Part shown: positions 20,801-29,363 of the stretch, one piece after another
Layout of the letters: every line of letters starts with the position of its first letter
Position numbering within the stretch: position 1 is the first letter of the stretch
Source: an uncultured Planctomycetota bacterium
GTDB lineage: Bacteria > Planctomycetota > Planctomycetia > Pirellulales > Lacipirellulaceae
Direction: 5' to 3'
Length of the DNA stretch: 64,000 bases
Assembly (NCBI GenBank): GCA_963719315.1
Contig: CAVRBU010000002.1
Coordinates: 512,001-576,000, forward strand
Notes under the pieces: generated by a model
What the model saw: only the letters and a program-made list of their open reading frames with translations
Told to the model about the DNA's origin: nothing
Database searches by the model: none
Program-made: the position numbers and the translations under genes

Positions 20801-22077
20801 GCAGCGTCACCTTCACCGCGGCCAGCTCGATCAACGACGACAACCAAGGCATGCTCCTCACGAACAACACCGGCGGTACATCGACGTTCCTAGGAACCAA
20901 CGATTTCAACACCGGCGCCAATGATGCCGTGACCGTCACCAACAATACGGGTGCGACAATCAGTCTGAGCGACTTGAATATCGATACCACGAGCGGCCGG
21001 GGCCTGGTGGCGACCGGCGGTGGCACCCTCTCCGTGCTCGGCGCCACGAATACGATCGACACGACGACCGGCGTGGGTCTCGACATCGAGGGCATGACCA
21101 TCGCCCCGTCGGGTGTTTCTATCCAGAGCGTCAACGTCAACGGCGCCGCCAACGGCATTGTGCTTCGCAACTTGGGCGGCACCGGCGATGTTTCCGTCGG
21201 CAACGCCGGCGGCGTCCAAAACTCCGGCGGCTCGCTCACCACGACCAGCGACGCCATCGTGCTGGAAAACACGGCCAACGTCGTTCTGCGGCACGTTCAA
21301 GTGGTCTCCGCGGGCGGCCAAGGCGTGAATATCGATCACACCGCAGGGGCCACGACCGCCATGGACGTGACGGTCCAAGACTTGAACCTGGATACCTCGA
21401 CCGGCAACGGCATCAACGTCCTGGGCGCGAACAATACGCAAATCTTCAACCTGCGACTTACGGATAGCGACCTGGAAAAGAACGTAGCAATGAGCATCAC
21501 GGGCTCTGGCACGTTCGGCCTGCTCGTGGATAACAACGACATCAACACCGGCGGCACGGACATCGCCTTTGCCCTCTCATTTAGCGGCTCCGCGCAGACA
21601 GGCAACGTTACGCTCCGCAACGGCAACGTATTCGCGGCATCTGATGCCTCGGCGCTATCGATCACGACGTCGGGCGCCACGTTTAAGACGATCGACCTAT
21701 TGGTTCAGGACAGCGTCTTCTCCAACAATAGCCTGAGCACCGCTGCTAATTTCCTGAGCAGCGGCAACACGCTCTACAACGCGACGATCCAAGGCAACTC
21801 GTTTGACGACGCCAACGCCGGCGGAAGCGACTTCATGATGGCTTCGAACGGCGCTCAGGCGCGGATTCGCCTGAACCTTGGCGGTGATGTCGCTGCCGAC
21901 TTCAACACGCCGGCCGGCGTTGGGCAGTTCGAACTGTTCGAGAACGGCGGTTCTGATTTCGACCTGTTCCGACGGGACGACACATTCAACAATCTACGCA
22001 ACAACGGCACCGTGGACGGCAACGGCGGAACCTACGATGATTCGCCGGTGGCCCCACCGCTGCCGCCCGTGCCGTAA
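17809..22077 (+). CDS. Large surface protein: inverse-autotransporter-like N-terminal beta domain plus beta-helix-like passenger
   Basis: Signal peptide; GFNVGVGYR, QIGVSLESLG..WDVRANGYIPVG, RLREPV.R; then GNGTFESPY, LKDNQRFLGEG and ~1000 aa of G/T/N-rich beta repeats. Confidence 0.75.
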   Translation: MATSARVVAFLAIALELVSVAIAENMVMPPAEPTAVDSAAPPMTQSGNVSFYSQDLGTILRLRYNTESYGQDGQGNFDIGSFQVITMEDSAAFLDGQVTLNDVNGVGFNVGVGYRIIDFPPYAMDTGRMEGVSLWADGTHTEAGNFFPQIGVSLESLGEMWDVRANGYIPVGKQDQVGPFKSTGKIGFEGNSISQLTRAVVDSSFTVGEIEIARRMGAERDAWAFAGPYFLTNDREDSAGARVGVRGYAYPDLLLQFAVSNDDVFHTNATFSLQWFVGRTRTDYQPACDIRDRLREPVLRNDYVALAKSTRAGGMALTQPDGSAIRIVHIDSNAAAGGNGTFESPYNELDQANGAGSMAGDIVFAHSTSIFGTSIILKDNQRFLGEGNNQTFMVATQQEGTITIPESSPGARALARPMIVAAMGDAVTLADNNEVSNFDINGQNVTARAIAAPAGGAGNPNLNHLAISNTVGDGIAFAPKTITDPNDATRQIVRGNVSIDNVTFSNVGGNGIDIDSSTTTNVALPTVTLQEAIAISNVMSTNGTGRGINLKNTHTGAGHTATLTNYTYDGGATSLGALRLNNIDGTFTASASTLTNGSTAAGTAGVQILGDTDGTLTFQNTFVMNNVNSEAAFDINGDDAGTDKLNGSITVNSAITNDTGRSVAVQNVAAGANVTFNGNIADTGNGLLVSSNSGGQITFLGDLAMTVDTPAATAVNVIDNTGANIDFAGDVVINSTNTANGFSATGGGTLSAPSTVNSVSTESGRAVQITGMTIAAAAVHFGNVNRTASAATNAIQLETNTGGPITIGNTTDSAGDAGTIVGGTADAIRIVDSANVSVNGLRVNNTAAVSGVHVEKSNATAMTTNLSDLELNGGDIGVETVGGGTGAVTMTVNDTAINSSTAQGMLFNNLDVGSATVNNATIDGNNVNGTAGGVRITDSNASITFDSATSIKEFGGTDFEVNAGTGTISFAGDIVNSTTVNPVDTTGRSVHVHNVTGGSVTFTAASSINDDNQGMLLTNNTGGTSTFLGTNDFNTGANDAVTVTNNTGATISLSDLNIDTTSGRGLVATGGGTLSVLGATNTIDTTTGVGLDIEGMTIAPSGVSIQSVNVNGAANGIVLRNLGGTGDVSVGNAGGVQNSGGSLTTTSDAIVLENTANVVLRHVQVVSAGGQGVNIDHTAGATTAMDVTVQDLNLDTSTGNGINVLGANNTQIFNLRLTDSDLEKNVAMSITGSGTFGLLVDNNDINTGGTDIAFALSFSGSAQTGNVTLRNGNVFAASDASALSITTSGATFKTIDLLVQDSVFSNNSLSTAANFLSSGNTLYNATIQGNSFDDANAGGSDFMMASNGAQARIRLNLGGDVAADFNTPAGVGQFELFENGGSDFDLFRRDDTFNNLRNNGTVDGNGGTYDDSPVAPPLPPVP

Positions 22078-22079
22078 TC

Positions 22080-22225
22080 GTAGGGGTGGCATGCTTTCGC
22101 GGCGCTTCGCCGCGTAAGCATGTTTCTAAAGATGACTACGAGGGAAACGATCTGCGGGAGGCGTCTCTGAAGCCGATAAACCTCTCCAGTTGCAACGCGC
22201 CATCGGCCTCGGAGATGCCTCCCAC
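22080..22225. repeat. REP-like palindrome cluster between convergent genes
   Basis: gtaggggtggcatgctttcgcggcgcttcgccgcgtaagcatg; pair gggaggcgtctctgaagccgat / atcggcctcggagatgcctccc, with a half copy at 24797-24820. Confidence 0.75.
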
Positions 22226-22229
22226 GGTC

Positions 22230-23096
22230 TTAGCTGCGGCGTCGGCGGTGGGACATTAAGCCCATTCCCGTCGCACCGAGCGCGGCCAACGCTGCGCTCA
22301 TCGGCTCCGGCACAGCGTTCGACGCGGCCGAAAGTCCGCCCGATGTTCCAGATGCGATAGACGGCGAACTCGAGCCCCCGTTGAAGCCGGCGGCGGAAGC
22401 CTCCATGACCGACTGCACTCCCGCCATCGCCTTGGCGGTCGCCAACGTATCGGAAATCACGAACGCGCGCTTGATGAACACCTGGAAGCCGTTGTCTTCG
22501 ATCGGCACACTTGAAAACCCAAGGTTTCCCGCGCCGGCCCCGAACACGGGGTCCTGCGTGCGATCGATGGTCTGTAGCGCCATGATCGCGTTGATCGTCG
22601 TCATATCCGGAATGGCGGCGAACACGGTAAAGTCGGCGTCAAGAAATGTGTTGCTCGTCAGGTTCACGAAGAAACTGCTTGTACCACTATTCTGATTCGT
22701 GCCGCCGGTGGCAAGCCCCGAAAGCGCTAGCGAAACCGTGCCCACGGTATTCGACAGGCCAGGATTTTCAGACGCCGGTTCGCCCGCGATCGGCGCGAAA
22801 GCCTGCACCGAATGCGTGCTGTCGATCATGATCGGCGGCCGCTTGGTGTGCGAAAAGAATCCGCCCATCTGCAATACGAAGCCGGTGTCGGCTCGGTTGA
22901 TCCAACTGCCCAGGTAGCGATCCTCCTCGACGTACCGCAGCATGTTATCGACGTGCTCCTGCAGCACAGGGTTGTTCGTTGGGTTCAACACCATGTCGAA
23001 GTTGCCGACGGTCGTTTCGAACCGAACCACCTGGGCCGGCGAAGTGAGAGCTAGGCCGAGGCAAAAAACAAACGTGAGAGTGAATCGAGAAATCAT
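22230..23096 (-). CDS. Cyclophilin-like protein with PEP-CTERM sorting signal
   Basis: Signal peptide, VRFETTVG, INR..GFVLQMGG, SNTVGTVSLA, TSSFFVNL..N.FLD..FTVF; C-terminal VPEP, hydrophobic helix, RRRR. Confidence 0.85.
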   Translation of the reverse strand: MISRFTLTFVFCLGLALTSPAQVVRFETTVGNFDMVLNPTNNPVLQEHVDNMLRYVEEDRYLGSWINRADTGFVLQMGGFFSHTKRPPIMIDSTHSVQAFAPIAGEPASENPGLSNTVGTVSLALSGLATGGTNQNSGTSSFFVNLTSNTFLDADFTVFAAIPDMTTINAIMALQTIDRTQDPVFGAGAGNLGFSSVPIEDNGFQVFIKRAFVISDTLATAKAMAGVQSVMEASAAGFNGGSSSPSIASGTSGGLSAASNAVPEPMSAALAALGATGMGLMSHRRRRS

Positions 23097-23243
23097 GCGC
23101 CTGCCGTAAAAAAGTCGTCGAAGTGCGTCCCTAGTGGGTAAACCTTCAGGCTAATCGGCCGTTTCAAATACGTCAAAAGATGTGTCGGAATGGCTGATTG
23201 TTAAGAATATACGGCCGTCACCCGTCGAGGGTTTTCAAAAATG

Positions 23244-23328
23244 CCCGCCAGGCGTTGCCGAGCGGGATCTGAGCCTGCTTGGCGACCTTGTGAATTCGCT
23301 CAGGTCCCTTCCGGCAGAAGGGACCTAC
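23244..23328. repeat. REP-like doublet (AGGTCCCTTCCGGCAGAAGGGACCTAC family)
   Basis: 23302-23328 is identical over 27 nt to 46409-46435; degenerate left partner ...ttgccgagcgggatct. Confidence 0.8.
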
Positions 23329-23529
23329 CAGGACTTGCCCGGATCAATTGGCTGCCGAGACAGGCTGGACATCGTGGCCGGGCCGAACGAGAATACGATG
23401 CCAGGTTGCTTCAAAACGCAGCTGAATTTCGTAAGAATTCAGAACGCATTGCAATTCACCGAATTTTGCAAATTCGGCGACAACGAATATCAGCTTGCTT
23501 CTCGTTTATTCGTTCCTTGAGGTCTTTCC

Positions 23530-24333
23530 ATGTCGACGCGGAATCTTGGCTGGAAGTCGTGCGGAGTCATCGCGGCTTCGTGCTTTGCTTGGATCGGATT
23601 GCAGCCTGCGTTAACAGCTGCCGAGCCGAAAGCGATGAAACCGATTCGCGTGGCGCTGTATGCGGACGGTGGCGCTTCGAAAAAGGGTTCGCCGAAGGTG
23701 AAGGAAAGTCTCCCCAAGGAGAAGGGATTTGAACTCCAAATCGTGACGGCCGAAGAAATTCGCGGCGGCGCTCTGGACAATTTCAACGTCCTGATTCAAC
23801 CGGGCGGCAGCGGCTCCGGGCAAGCCAAGGCGCTCGGCGACGAAGGCCGTGAGCGCGTCAAAGAATTTGTCGCCGCTGGCGGTGGCTACATCGGCATTTG
23901 TGCGGGATCGTATCTGGCCTCGGCCAGCTACCCCTGGTCGCTGAATCTGCTCGACGCTCGCGTCGTCGACTCCGAACATTGGGCTCGAGGAACCGGCGAG
24001 GTGCAAATCAACATTACACCCGCGGGAAAAACGGCGCTGGGAACCAATGAAGCGCAATGCGCGATTTACTACGGGCAAGGGCCATTGCTTGCGCCGGCCG
24101 GCAAAGACGACATCAACGACTACGAGCAACTGGCATCGTATGAAACCGAGATCGCGAAAAGAGGGGCGCCGCCGGGGGTCATGAAGGGCACGACCGCCAT
24201 CGCTCGCGCTAAATTTGGCAAAGGCCGCGTCGAGTGTTTCAGCCCACACCCGGAAAAAACTCCGGGCCTCGAGCCGTTTCTCCAAGCCGCGGTCCGCTGG
24301 GCCGCCGAAGAAAAAGAAAAGCAAAAGCACTAG
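23530..24333 (+). CDS. Secreted BPL_N / class I glutamine-amidotransferase-like protein
   Basis: Signal peptide, VLIQPGGSG, FV..GGGYIGICAGSY, SPHPE (Cys-His-Glu triad intact). Confidence 0.85.
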   Translation: MSTRNLGWKSCGVIAASCFAWIGLQPALTAAEPKAMKPIRVALYADGGASKKGSPKVKESLPKEKGFELQIVTAEEIRGGALDNFNVLIQPGGSGSGQAKALGDEGRERVKEFVAAGGGYIGICAGSYLASASYPWSLNLLDARVVDSEHWARGTGEVQINITPAGKTALGTNEAQCAIYYGQGPLLAPAGKDDINDYEQLASYETEIAKRGAPPGVMKGTTAIARAKFGKGRVECFSPHPEKTPGLEPFLQAAVRWAAEEKEKQKH

Positions 24334-24746
24334 CTAGCGTTCTCGCTGGTGATCAGCAGGAAGTCCGGCAAGCGTTGCACGCGCCCCTCGCGATCGATGC
24401 AGGCGAGCGTGCTTTCGGCCTCGGCCAGCAGATCGTGCCCTCGCAGAACCCGGTATTCGTGGTCAATTCGCGCCCCTCGCGCGCGGACAGTGCGAATTTG
24501 CAGTCGTAATGTGTCGCCGAATTTGCTCGGGCGGTGATATTTGCACGCGATCTTGTTGACGACGAGCAGAATCCCGTCCCGTTCGAGCTGCGCGTAGTCG
24601 TACCCTAGCGCGAGAAGCTGCTCGACGCGGGCCAACTCGAAGTATTGAAAATAATTCGCGTGGTGGACGAAGCCCTGCCCGTCGGTCTCGTAGTAACGAA
24701 CGCGAATTTCAATTTCGTGGTCGGAAAGCACGGTTGTAGAATCCAA
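24330..24746 (-). CDS. Acyl-CoA thioesterase (YbgC/FadM hotdog family)
   Basis: IRVRYYETDGQGFVHHANYFQYFELAR. Confidence 0.92.
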   Translation of the reverse strand: MDSTTVLSDHEIEIRVRYYETDGQGFVHHANYFQYFELARVEQLLALGYDYAQLERDGILLVVNKIACKYHRPSKFGDTLRLQIRTVRARGARIDHEYRVLRGHDLLAEAESTLACIDREGRVQRLPDFLLITSENAS

Positions 24747-25046
24747 TTGTGGGATGCTTCTCCGAAACCGATGACGAGTTCAACATTTTAGCGAACTCGG
24801 CGTCGGAGATGCCTCCCACAACAAAGAGGCGATATTGAGCACAGCCGATCAGCTATCGTAGCCGTTTCGCCCCCGGCGACCAACGTCGTTCCGCTCGCCG
24901 CGATTTGCAAAGTTGCCGCAAACGCTTATAGTTAGGGCACGGCGCGACGCCGGAACCGGGGCAATCGACAGGCTCAGACGAGCGAACGAGCCGCCTCGCT
25001 GTGCTACCCAAGAAGCGGCACATACTTTTGACGTAAGGATTCTGCC

Positions 25047-25547
25047 ATGAGTATTGGCGAAGGAAGCGGCGCCGGCGCGGGTACGGACTTCGTAACCATG
25101 CGCGGCCGCGATTACCCGTCGATTCGCCAGTTCACGGTGTTCCTCGAGAACCGAGTCGGTCAATTATTGGATGTCGTCCGCCGATTCGAGGGCAGCCACG
25201 TGCGGATTGTCGCGCTAACGATTTCCGATTCCACCGAATGCGCCCTGGTGCGGTTCTTGCTGAGCGACCCCGAGCAAGGCCGCGAAATCCTGGAGCGGGC
25301 CGGCTTGGCACTCGTGGAATCCGATTTGATCGGCGTCGAGCTCCCGGATTCGCACCAACCGATGTTGCAAATCTGCACGGCGCTCCTGGCCGCCGAAGTG
25401 AACATTACCCAGATTTACCCATTGCTAATTCGCCCCACGGGCCGCCCGGCGGTGGCGCTGATGGTGGACAACATTGAAATCGCCATCGAAACGCTCCGCA
25501 TGAAGGGCTTCCACGCAATCAATGAAGACGAATTGAAGGAGACGTGA
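25047..25547 (+). CDS. ACT-domain protein (COG4747-like)
   Basis: IRQFTVFLENRVGQL, tandem ACT-like halves, EVNI..IYP. Confidence 0.85.
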   Translation: MSIGEGSGAGAGTDFVTMRGRDYPSIRQFTVFLENRVGQLLDVVRRFEGSHVRIVALTISDSTECALVRFLLSDPEQGREILERAGLALVESDLIGVELPDSHQPMLQICTALLAAEVNITQIYPLLIRPTGRPAVALMVDNIEIAIETLRMKGFHAINEDELKET

Positions 25548-25620
25548 GGAGGAGCGAGCGGCGAGCCGCTAATGTGGCCAACCACACTCCGACGACTGTA
25601 ACTCGCTCCTCGCACCTCGC
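25544..25620. repeat. Inverted repeat with 7-nt periodic arms (GCGAGGA / TCCTCGC)
   Basis: gtgaggaggagcgagcggcgag ... ctcgctcctcgcacctcgc; contains the upstream TGA. Confidence 0.7.
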
Positions 25621-25628
25621 AACTCTTT

Positions 25629-26333
25629 ATGCCGATCCAAGTCACGTGCCCAGGCTGCTTGAAGCGCTTCAGCGTCGCGGATAAATTCGCCGGCCAAAAG
25701 GGCCCCTGCCCCAAATGCAAGCAGATCATCACGATCCCCAAAAAGGAGGATGAGATCGTCATCCACGCGCCGGAACATTCCGAATCCGGCGCCGTCGGCG
25801 CGGGCGGCCGGCACGTTCTCAAAACGTATAAGCGCAAGGAAACCAAGTTTCAGCCGCTCTTGTTTACCGGCGTTATCGGCTCCGTCTTGGTCGCGGTGCT
25901 GATTGCCTTGGTGATCCGCAGCCAAGGAGCTCCGGAGTTGTGGCTGAAAGCGGCTGCCGCTATTCTGCTAGGCCCGCTCCTGGCGTGGGCCGGTTATACA
26001 TTTCTTCGCGATGCCGAATTCGAAGCCTACACGGGCACACCACTCATCATCCGATCGCTCGCGTGCGGATTAATCTACGCGGTTTTGTGGGCCGTCTACG
26101 TCTTCCTAGGCGACCGGTTCTTTGGGGCCGACGCCTTCAAAAGCGGCCTGGAAATCTGGCAAATGTTCGTACTCATACTGCCGATCTTCGCAGCCGGCAC
26201 GCTGGCCGCGTATGCCTCGTTCGATCTCGATCCGGGCAGCGCGTTTTTTCATTGCGCGATGTACTTCGCCGTAACCGTGCTGTTGCGGCTGGTGGCGGCG
26301 TTGCCTGCCATGCCGGGGTTGGGCGGCGCATGA
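25629..26333 (+). CDS. Membrane protein with N-terminal zinc ribbon
   Basis: MPIQVTCPGC..RF.V.DKFAG.KGPCPKC followed by about 5 TM segments. Confidence 0.85.
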   Translation: MPIQVTCPGCLKRFSVADKFAGQKGPCPKCKQIITIPKKEDEIVIHAPEHSESGAVGAGGRHVLKTYKRKETKFQPLLFTGVIGSVLVAVLIALVIRSQGAPELWLKAAAAILLGPLLAWAGYTFLRDAEFEAYTGTPLIIRSLACGLIYAVLWAVYVFLGDRFFGADAFKSGLEIWQMFVLILPIFAAGTLAAYASFDLDPGSAFFHCAMYFAVTVLLRLVAALPAMPGLGGA

Positions 26334-26365
26334 AAGTGGCCACGTAGCGAATACGCCGCCTCGAT

Positions 26366-26461
26366 AATTGAAAATTGCAAAATGCAAATTGAAACATGAG
26401 AATTGCGGAGACGAGCACTTCCACAACTTCCACTCTGCATTTTTCAATTTGCAATTTGCAA
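26366..26461. repeat. Inverted repeat with 7-nt periodic arms (AAATTGC / GCAATTT)
   Basis: aattgaaaattgcaaaatgcaaattgaaa ... tgcatttttcaatttgcaatttgcaa. Confidence 0.85.
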
Positions 26462-26486
26462 AGGTTTCTACGGCGCCAGCAGTGAC

Positions 26487-27827
26487 GTGGTTGTGTTGTC
26501 GACGATCTACGACATCCCTGAAATCGGTCGAGCGCGTGGAACGAGCGGGCGCGTGCGGATTCCGCCGGGCGTCGATGTGCCGCTCACTGCCCGCGTGCGG
26601 CGGCTGATCGACTCGGCCGGTTTTCGTCGGCTCGCCCAGATCAGCCAACTCGGTTTGGTGCGGCTCGTCTACCCGGCCGCCAATCACACGCGGCAGGAAC
26701 ACTCGCTGGGCGTCTTTCTGTCGGCGATCGAGTATCTGGAACGGCTCGCGGCCGATGAGCGGTTTTGTGCCGCAGTCGCGCCCAAAGACGCCGAACTGCT
26801 GCTGGCCGCCGCGCTGTTGCACGATGTAGGCCATTGGCCGTTCGGGCATCCCATCGAAGACTTAGGGCTTACGGATATCCCGCACCACGAATCGCTCGCC
26901 GGCCGGGAGATTTCGACCGGTCAGATTGCCGAAGTCTTACGCAACGACTGGGAACTTGATCCGGCCGATGTCGCCGACCTCGTAGGCGGCAACGTGCGCG
27001 ATCGCCCGCATCGAATACTCCGCAGCATCCTCTCCGGTCCGATCAACGTCGACAAGATCGACTACCTGATGCGCGACAGTCTCCACGCCGGCGTGCCCTA
27101 TGGCCAGCACTTTGACCGCCGCCGGCTGATCGGCAGCTTGTGTCTCAACGCTGCGGGCGACGCGGTGGCGATCACCGATAAAGGGAAAACGGCCGCCGAA
27201 ATGATGGTCTTCGCCCGCTACGTGATGTTCAGCGAAGTTTATTGGCACCACGCCGTGCGATCCGCCACGGCAATGCTACAGCGGGCATTCTACATGTTGC
27301 GCGGGAAGCTTGACATGGAGCGGATCGTCGCGATGACGGAACAACCGATGATCGACGCGCTCCTGGCCGCCGGCAGCAAATCGCCGGCCGACACGCTGCT
27401 CGACGGCATCTTCGGCCCCAATCGGCAACTTTACAAACGCCTCGCGCAGTACAGCTATTTCGAAGAACCCGAGTTGTATCAGCACATGGCCCGCCGACCG
27501 TATGCCTATCTAGTTGGGTTCGCCGAGCGGATCGCGAGCATGCTTTCCAAGTCGCTCGGCGCGACGATCGAGGCGCAGGAAGTGCTGGTCGACGCGCCGC
27601 CCGCGAAGCTCGAAGTCGATTTCGAGATCAACGTCCACTTCGCGAAGCAAAACGTCTACCGCCGTTTGGGCGATATCTCGCCGGTCGTGCGGACGCTGGC
27701 CCAGGAACAATTTGACAATTACGTCAAGCGGGTGCGAATCTTTGTGCACCCGCGCGTCTCGGAAGACGTTCGCGGCTTGCCGGATTTGTCTGACCGATTG
27801 GCCGACACGATCCGCGACGTCCACTAA
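26487..27827 (+). CDS. HD-domain phosphohydrolase (COG1078, SAMHD1/dNTPase-like)
   Basis: FRRL..ISQLG...VYP.A.HTR.EHSLG, LLHDVGH.PFGH, VDKIDYLMRD, VYWH; start uncertain (GTG 26487 to TTG 26496). Confidence 0.88.
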   Translation: MVVLSTIYDIPEIGRARGTSGRVRIPPGVDVPLTARVRRLIDSAGFRRLAQISQLGLVRLVYPAANHTRQEHSLGVFLSAIEYLERLAADERFCAAVAPKDAELLLAAALLHDVGHWPFGHPIEDLGLTDIPHHESLAGREISTGQIAEVLRNDWELDPADVADLVGGNVRDRPHRILRSILSGPINVDKIDYLMRDSLHAGVPYGQHFDRRRLIGSLCLNAAGDAVAITDKGKTAAEMMVFARYVMFSEVYWHHAVRSATAMLQRAFYMLRGKLDMERIVAMTEQPMIDALLAAGSKSPADTLLDGIFGPNRQLYKRLAQYSYFEEPELYQHMARRPYAYLVGFAERIASMLSKSLGATIEAQEVLVDAPPAKLEVDFEINVHFAKQNVYRRLGDISPVVRTLAQEQFDNYVKRVRIFVHPRVSEDVRGLPDLSDRLADTIRDVH

Positions 27828-28276
27828 ACTGCCGTTGTCACTTCGGCATTTCGCGCCGCCGCATTCCACCCGCGCGGGGCTGGCACGATCTTCGTGATCA
27901 CCGCGCTCCCCCCACGTTGCTGCAACATGGATTCACGGAAACTGGCCATTTCATTAGCCAACTGCCTATTGCTCAGAACGCCCTGCCCGACCAGAATCTC
28001 GGCCAGTGGGCGTTTGCGGCCGGCCTGAACCATAAGCAGCCGCATCAAGTCGTCGCGGGTCATAAGCCCCATTTCGATCGCCAGATCGCCGAATCGTACG
28101 TTCGGCGAGGCACTCTGGGCCCGGAGGACGTCAAAGATATTCCGCGGCGCAATGATCCCTTCCTCCAAGGCAAGCTGGCCGATGGGCGTCAGCGTATTGA
28201 GCTGCATCTCTAGCGCGGCGACCAACTGCTCGGCCGAAATGGTTCCCTTCTTCTTCAAGTACAGCCCGAAGTGCAT
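27824..28276 (-). CDS. Small protein of tandem MshEN-like motifs
   Basis: Four xFG/IG..L...G......L...L..Q repeats. Confidence 0.75.
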   Translation of the reverse strand: MHFGLYLKKKGTISAEQLVAALEMQLNTLTPIGQLALEEGIIAPRNIFDVLRAQSASPNVRFGDLAIEMGLMTRDDLMRLLMVQAGRKRPLAEILVGQGVLSNRQLANEMASFRESMLQQRGGSAVITKIVPAPRGWNAAARNAEVTTAV

Positions 28277-28725
28277 GGCATCTTCCAGCGACGGTACGTC
28301 GCAAATAATCTCGATTTCCAATCAATGTCAAACGGCGCAAATCGTCGGTTCGATTACTTCGTGAAGCCTACGTTAGCCGTACTCTGCGGCAAGTTGAGGA
28401 TCGTATCGCTCGCAACGGCGGTGACGATTGTGCCGTGCACCGGCATGCACACCCTCAGTGACCGGGTGCCACTGGCTCAGACAGCCTCTCTCAAACCGCC
28501 GACAAAGCACGCCGACCGATCGCGCCGCAGCGCTTTTTTCCTGCGAACCTTTATGGACTCGGGACTATTTGCCGATAGCACAAACTAGTCAGGCTATTTT
28601 CAGCCGATCGGCTTGCAGTGGACGTAGGCCAGGTTTATTCGCCCAAGTTGGAGTTGGGCGACCGCACTGTGACGGGCATTCCATCCCGACCAGCCGCGCG
28701 ATACTCTTGGGCACCCTCCACACCA

Positions 28726-29256
28726 ATGTCGTCTGAGCTACCCCATTATCTGCTTCATGTCGAAACGTATCGTTCCGCCCGCGGCACTCCGCGTTGGAAG
28801 TTTGCGCTGCAGCCGGTCGGGAGCGAGGACCGGCTGACCGCGGCCGACGCGGAAACGACCTCTCGCCGCAGCCGGCTGGAGTTGCTGGCCGTCGTGCGAG
28901 GGCTTGAGGCCCTGGATCGCCCGGCGCGGGTCACGTTGCTCACCCGCAGCCGGTACGTGAGCCGCGGCATCCGCCGCCAACTCAGCCAGTGGCGCGAGCA
29001 CCATTGGCAATGGGAGCGATTCGGCACGATGGCGCCAATTCGCGACTACGACCTGTGGCGGCGAGTCGATCGGGCGCTCGAGTTTCACAGCGTCGAGTGC
29101 TGCGTGTGGCAGGCCCACGAATCGCCGGTACGAAAACCGCAGTTCGCTCGTGCTCAACGGGGTTGGTCGATTGCCGCGGCCCTGGGGATCCTGCGGCAAG
29201 GCGTTTTGACTTCGTTTCCAGCCCTTCGGCGGCCCACGTTTACTCGGGCCGCCTGA
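28726..29256 (+). CDS. RNase HI-fold protein with degenerate catalytic residues
   Basis: RLELLAVVRGLEAL...VTLLT.S.YV..GI...L..W....W...I...DLW..VD aligns with the RnhA core. Confidence 0.7.
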   Translation: MSSELPHYLLHVETYRSARGTPRWKFALQPVGSEDRLTAADAETTSRRSRLELLAVVRGLEALDRPARVTLLTRSRYVSRGIRRQLSQWREHHWQWERFGTMAPIRDYDLWRRVDRALEFHSVECCVWQAHESPVRKPQFARAQRGWSIAAALGILRQGVLTSFPALRRPTFTRAA

Positions 29257-29296
29257 CACCGCAAAATAGATACCACGACAGGCTCAAAATAACGCC

Positions 29297-29357
29297 GTAG
29301 CTGAAGTCGCAAGACTTCAGACCTCACGAAGACCCGAATTCTTGCGAATTCCGCTAC
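29297..29357. repeat. REP-like element GTAGCTGAAGTCGCAAGACTTCAG...GAATTCTTGCGAATTCCGCTAC
   Basis: Near copy at 47481-47547; degenerate halves near 23422-23480 and 56639-56660. Confidence 0.8.
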
Positions 29358-29363
29358 GGTAAG

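Noticed and set aside
18724..21680. Many long antisense ORFs within the adhesin and other GC-rich genes
   Set aside because: Expected shadow ORFs from high-GC codon bias; no recognisable motifs.
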